From the sequence record SRR20825006_720: DNA of 48,192 nucleotides. One strand, written 5' to 3'. Position numbers and translations under genes: made by a program. Positions 45,731-48,192 of the stretch are shown here, in pieces; the stretch's first letter is position 1; each line of letters starts with the position of its first letter. The notes under the pieces were generated by a model. It had not been told where the DNA came from. It did not search any database and saw only the letters and a program-made list of their open reading frames with translations.

Positions 45731-46894
45731 TTATCCTTTAATTCTTCTTTTTCTGTTTTGTTCGTAATCTTCAAAAATCATTTCACCCAAACCTTTTAGT
45801 CCTGTGTAAAAGGCTTTTCCCTTGTTTGCTTTGGTAAATTCACGCACAAACTGCATCAGGTAGGGGTCCTCTGCAATCATAAAAGTGGTTATGGGGATAT
45901 GAAGTTTCCGGGCCTGTTGGGCCATGGCGTAGCATTTTTCAACGATATATTCGTCCAAACCTACGCTGTTCTTGTAATAATCACCGTTCGGAAGTCGCAA
46001 ACAAGATGGTTTTCCATCGGTAATCATAAAAATCTGCTTATTGGTGTTCCGTTTTCTACGGAGCATATCCATCGCAAGTTGCAATCCGGCCACAGTATTG
46101 GTGTGGTATGGACCTACTCTTAAATAGGGTAAATCTTTGATGGGAATGGGCCAAGCATCGTTTCCGAACACCAAAATATCCAGTGTATCCTTTGGGTAAC
46201 GGGTCGTAATAAGTTCAGCAAGGGCCATTGCCACTTTTTTTGCCGGTGTGATTCTATCCTCGCCGTACAAAATCATACTATGGCTGATGTCAATCATCAG
46301 CACCGTGCTCATCTGGGCTTTGTGCTGGGTATCTTCGACCACCAAATCCTCTTCACTCAAAGTGAAGTTGTCCAATCCACGGTTTACTTGGGCGTTCTTG
46401 AGGCTTTCAGTCATACTGATGTGCTCCAAGGAATCCCCAAAGCGGTATTCACGGAACTCACCGGTATGTTCATCGCCTTTTCCCGATTTTCCTGTTTTGT
46501 GGTTACCAGAACCACTTCGTTTGATTTTTCCAAAGATTTGGTCCAAGGCCCGTTGGCGCAGCATTCGCTCCAACTTGGCGGTGACGGAAAGGCTTCCGCC
46601 TTTGCCCGTTTCATCCCCTTCTTCGCCTTCGCCGCCCTGAGGAGCATCCATATCAAATTCCTCACGGATGTATCCCTTGGCCTTAAGGTCTTCTATAAAA
46701 TCATCGATAGTGTAATCGTCGTCGGTAAGCTCGTATTCCTTATCCAATTCACGGAGCCAATCCAGCGCCTCCTCCACATCGCCCGAAGTGTGTGTAATCA
46801 GTTCCTGAAAAATCTCAAAGAGTTTTTCGAACGGAGTTTGGTCCGGGGCTTCGTAATTGGTAAAACGAAACCCTTTTCTTGTGTTCATAGCCAT
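45731..46894 (-). CDS. von Willebrand factor A domain protein
   Basis: MIDAS DISHS, HTNT, MITDGKP. Starts the operon with the AAA+ gene. Confidence 0.92.
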   Translation of the reverse strand: MAMNTRKGFRFTNYEAPDQTPFEKLFEIFQELITHTSGDVEEALDWLRELDKEYELTDDDYTIDDFIEDLKAKGYIREEFDMDAPQGGEGEEGDETGKGGSLSVTAKLERMLRQRALDQIFGKIKRSGSGNHKTGKSGKGDEHTGEFREYRFGDSLEHISMTESLKNAQVNRGLDNFTLSEEDLVVEDTQHKAQMSTVLMIDISHSMILYGEDRITPAKKVAMALAELITTRYPKDTLDILVFGNDAWPIPIKDLPYLRVGPYHTNTVAGLQLAMDMLRRKRNTNKQIFMITDGKPSCLRLPNGDYYKNSVGLDEYIVEKCYAMAQQARKLHIPITTFMIAEDPYLMQFVREFTKANKGKAFYTGLKGLGEMIFEDYEQNRKRRIKG

Positions 46895-46959
46895 TACATA
46901 AATTTACGGTATTTCGCTGTAACGACTAAACGTTTAGAAAAAACTTAACGCGATGAACC

Positions 46960-46992
46960 AAAAAAAGCGCCGAACCAAGAAGCCCGACGCCT
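46960..46992 (-). terminator. Intrinsic terminator after the DUF4249 gene
   Basis: Minus-strand GGCGTCGGGC-loop-GTTCGGCGCT plus T-run. Confidence 0.7.
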
Positions 46993-47012
46993 AAAATCCA
47001 ACCAATCTAAAA

Positions 47013-47861
47013 CTAGTCTTCCACAAAGGTGTAGCTGGTTTTGACCACCTGTGTTAACCTGAAGTACCCAAAGGCATAGTTTTCAGGATTTGTGGTATTG
47101 ACACAGTTGCCTTTCACGTCCACTGGCGTGGACTCAAAAAGACCTACACCACCCAGTTGGGAGATGAGTATCTTGATGTAATCGTAATAGGCCTTGGAGA
47201 TCCCATACATTTCTATGTCCACTACATCACCAGGTTTAAAAGGCTCTATTTCAGTATCATCGTCCTCGTCGATTTCATACCACCAATCAATCTCGTTGCC
47301 ATTTAAAAATTCATCTTTGGCTGTTTCCAAATCAGGTAACAGATCACCTTCCCGCTGAAATTTGAAAAGATAATTGTTCCCTTCTACCTCCGGGTCGGTA
47401 AACACCACGTGTACTTCCAGTAGTTCATCATCAAACCCTTCTTTACGCCCCTGAAAAACACTGGTGATGTCCGTCACGGCGGTCATAGTCTCCGTTGCAG
47501 TATATATCTCACCATTATATTCGATTCTAAGCGTGTATTTCTGTTCCAAAACGGGCTCAAAATTTGTGGTCAGGTATTCGCCGTTGCCCTGGTCCTCAAA
47601 ATTATAGCTTGCCCCGCTGCCTTCATTGGTTACAACAACTGAGGCACCTGTTACTTCCGTGTTGGTATTTGTGCTAAAAAATGGGGTGGATTCTCTCAAT
47701 CGGATGGTCTGTACATTTCCTTCGGAGCCCTTTTCCCAGTCCAGAGATGCTTCCACCACCAATCGTTTTGGGCCTTCTTGGACCTCCACATCCACCACGT
47801 CCGAACATGAGGCAAATATGATTACAATAACCACCAATATAATTTTCTTCAATGTTTTCAT
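47013..47861 (-). CDS. DUF4249 family lipoprotein
   Basis: Lipobox FASC, RLVVEA, KGNCVN, FGYF. Follows a TonB-dependent receptor. Confidence 0.9.
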   Translation of the reverse strand: MKTLKKIILVVIVIIFASCSDVVDVEVQEGPKRLVVEASLDWEKGSEGNVQTIRLRESTPFFSTNTNTEVTGASVVVTNEGSGASYNFEDQGNGEYLTTNFEPVLEQKYTLRIEYNGEIYTATETMTAVTDITSVFQGRKEGFDDELLEVHVVFTDPEVEGNNYLFKFQREGDLLPDLETAKDEFLNGNEIDWWYEIDEDDDTEIEPFKPGDVVDIEMYGISKAYYDYIKILISQLGGVGLFESTPVDVKGNCVNTTNPENYAFGYFRLTQVVKTSYTFVED

Positions 47862-47864
47862 GAT

Positions 47865-48192
47865 TTAAAATTTAAAGTTGTAGGTCAATGAGGGCACAAT
47901 GCCAAAAATCGCTGTTCGCGTAGCTTCGTTGGCCCCGGTCTCCATATTTTGACCGAAGGAAATCGAAGCGGCATTTTTTCTGTTGTAGAGATTGTAGATG
48001 CTGAACACCCATTCGCCCTTGAAACGTTTATTTTGATATTTTCTTGGTTTGTAATTGACAGAAACATCCATCCGATGGTAGCTTGGCAAACGGTCTGAAT
48101 TTCTTGGGGCGTAGCTTGCTATGGACAAATCCTCGTACACATATTGCCCATTGGGATAGGTCACCGGTCTCCCTGTTTGAAAAACCAGATTG
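47865..48192 (-). CDS. TonB-dependent receptor, C-terminal fragment (truncated by the window edge)
   Basis: RLPSYHRMD, YNLYNRKN, PSLTYNFKF barrel terminus. The frame continues off the window. Confidence 0.9.
   Translation of the reverse strand, partial: NLVFQTGRPVTYPNGQYVYEDLSIASYAPRNSDRLPSYHRMDVSVNYKPRKYQNKRFKGEWVFSIYNLYNRKNAASISFGQNMETGANEATRTAIFGIVPSLTYNFKF

Noticed and set aside
46280-46948. 222-aa plus-strand ORF, and similar antisense ORFs at 5608..6162, 8313..8762, 42607..43041 and 44964..45398
   Set aside because: Shadow frames of well-supported genes with no recognisable motifs.
1-48192. tRNA, rRNA, integrase, transposase or prophage genes
   Set aside because: None recognised by eye. 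A tRNAscan/Rfam run would be needed to exclude small RNAs.

Overview
About 48 kb of bacterial chromosome that looks like a marine Flavobacteriaceae (Muricauda/Flagellimonas-like). This is inferred from Bacteroidota-type short RpoD sigma factors lacking region 1.1, TAnnTTTG -7 promoters, no Shine-Dalgarno sites, and DUF2490/DUF4249/TonB-receptor genes. It holds about 40 ordinary genes: a heme peroxidase, two RpoD-family sigma paralogs, a Crp/Fnr-nemA-osmC redox cluster, peptidases (M8, M13, M19, M28), aguB/aguA, cysE/cysM and a vWA/AAA+ pair. I saw no rRNA, tRNA, CRISPR, integrase or transposase. The best candidate for an undescribed system is 35131-37556: a sigma-70 paralog faces a minus-strand cluster of a histidine-less Hpt-like protein, a HEAT-like protein and two unannotated paralogous micropeptides (32 and 33 aa). 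The peptides share Y-L-x-F-[LI]-Q-[ED]-L-x-[ED]-[IM]-L-T and resemble sigma region 1.2. Other highlights: an XRE-HTH/DUF4870/serine-hydrolase fusion with a symmetric four-half-site operator, a 23-bp motif shared upstream of the peroxidase and its neighbouring secreted-protein gene, and an unannotated 38-aa single-TM ORF. All family calls come from motif recognition, not database searches.
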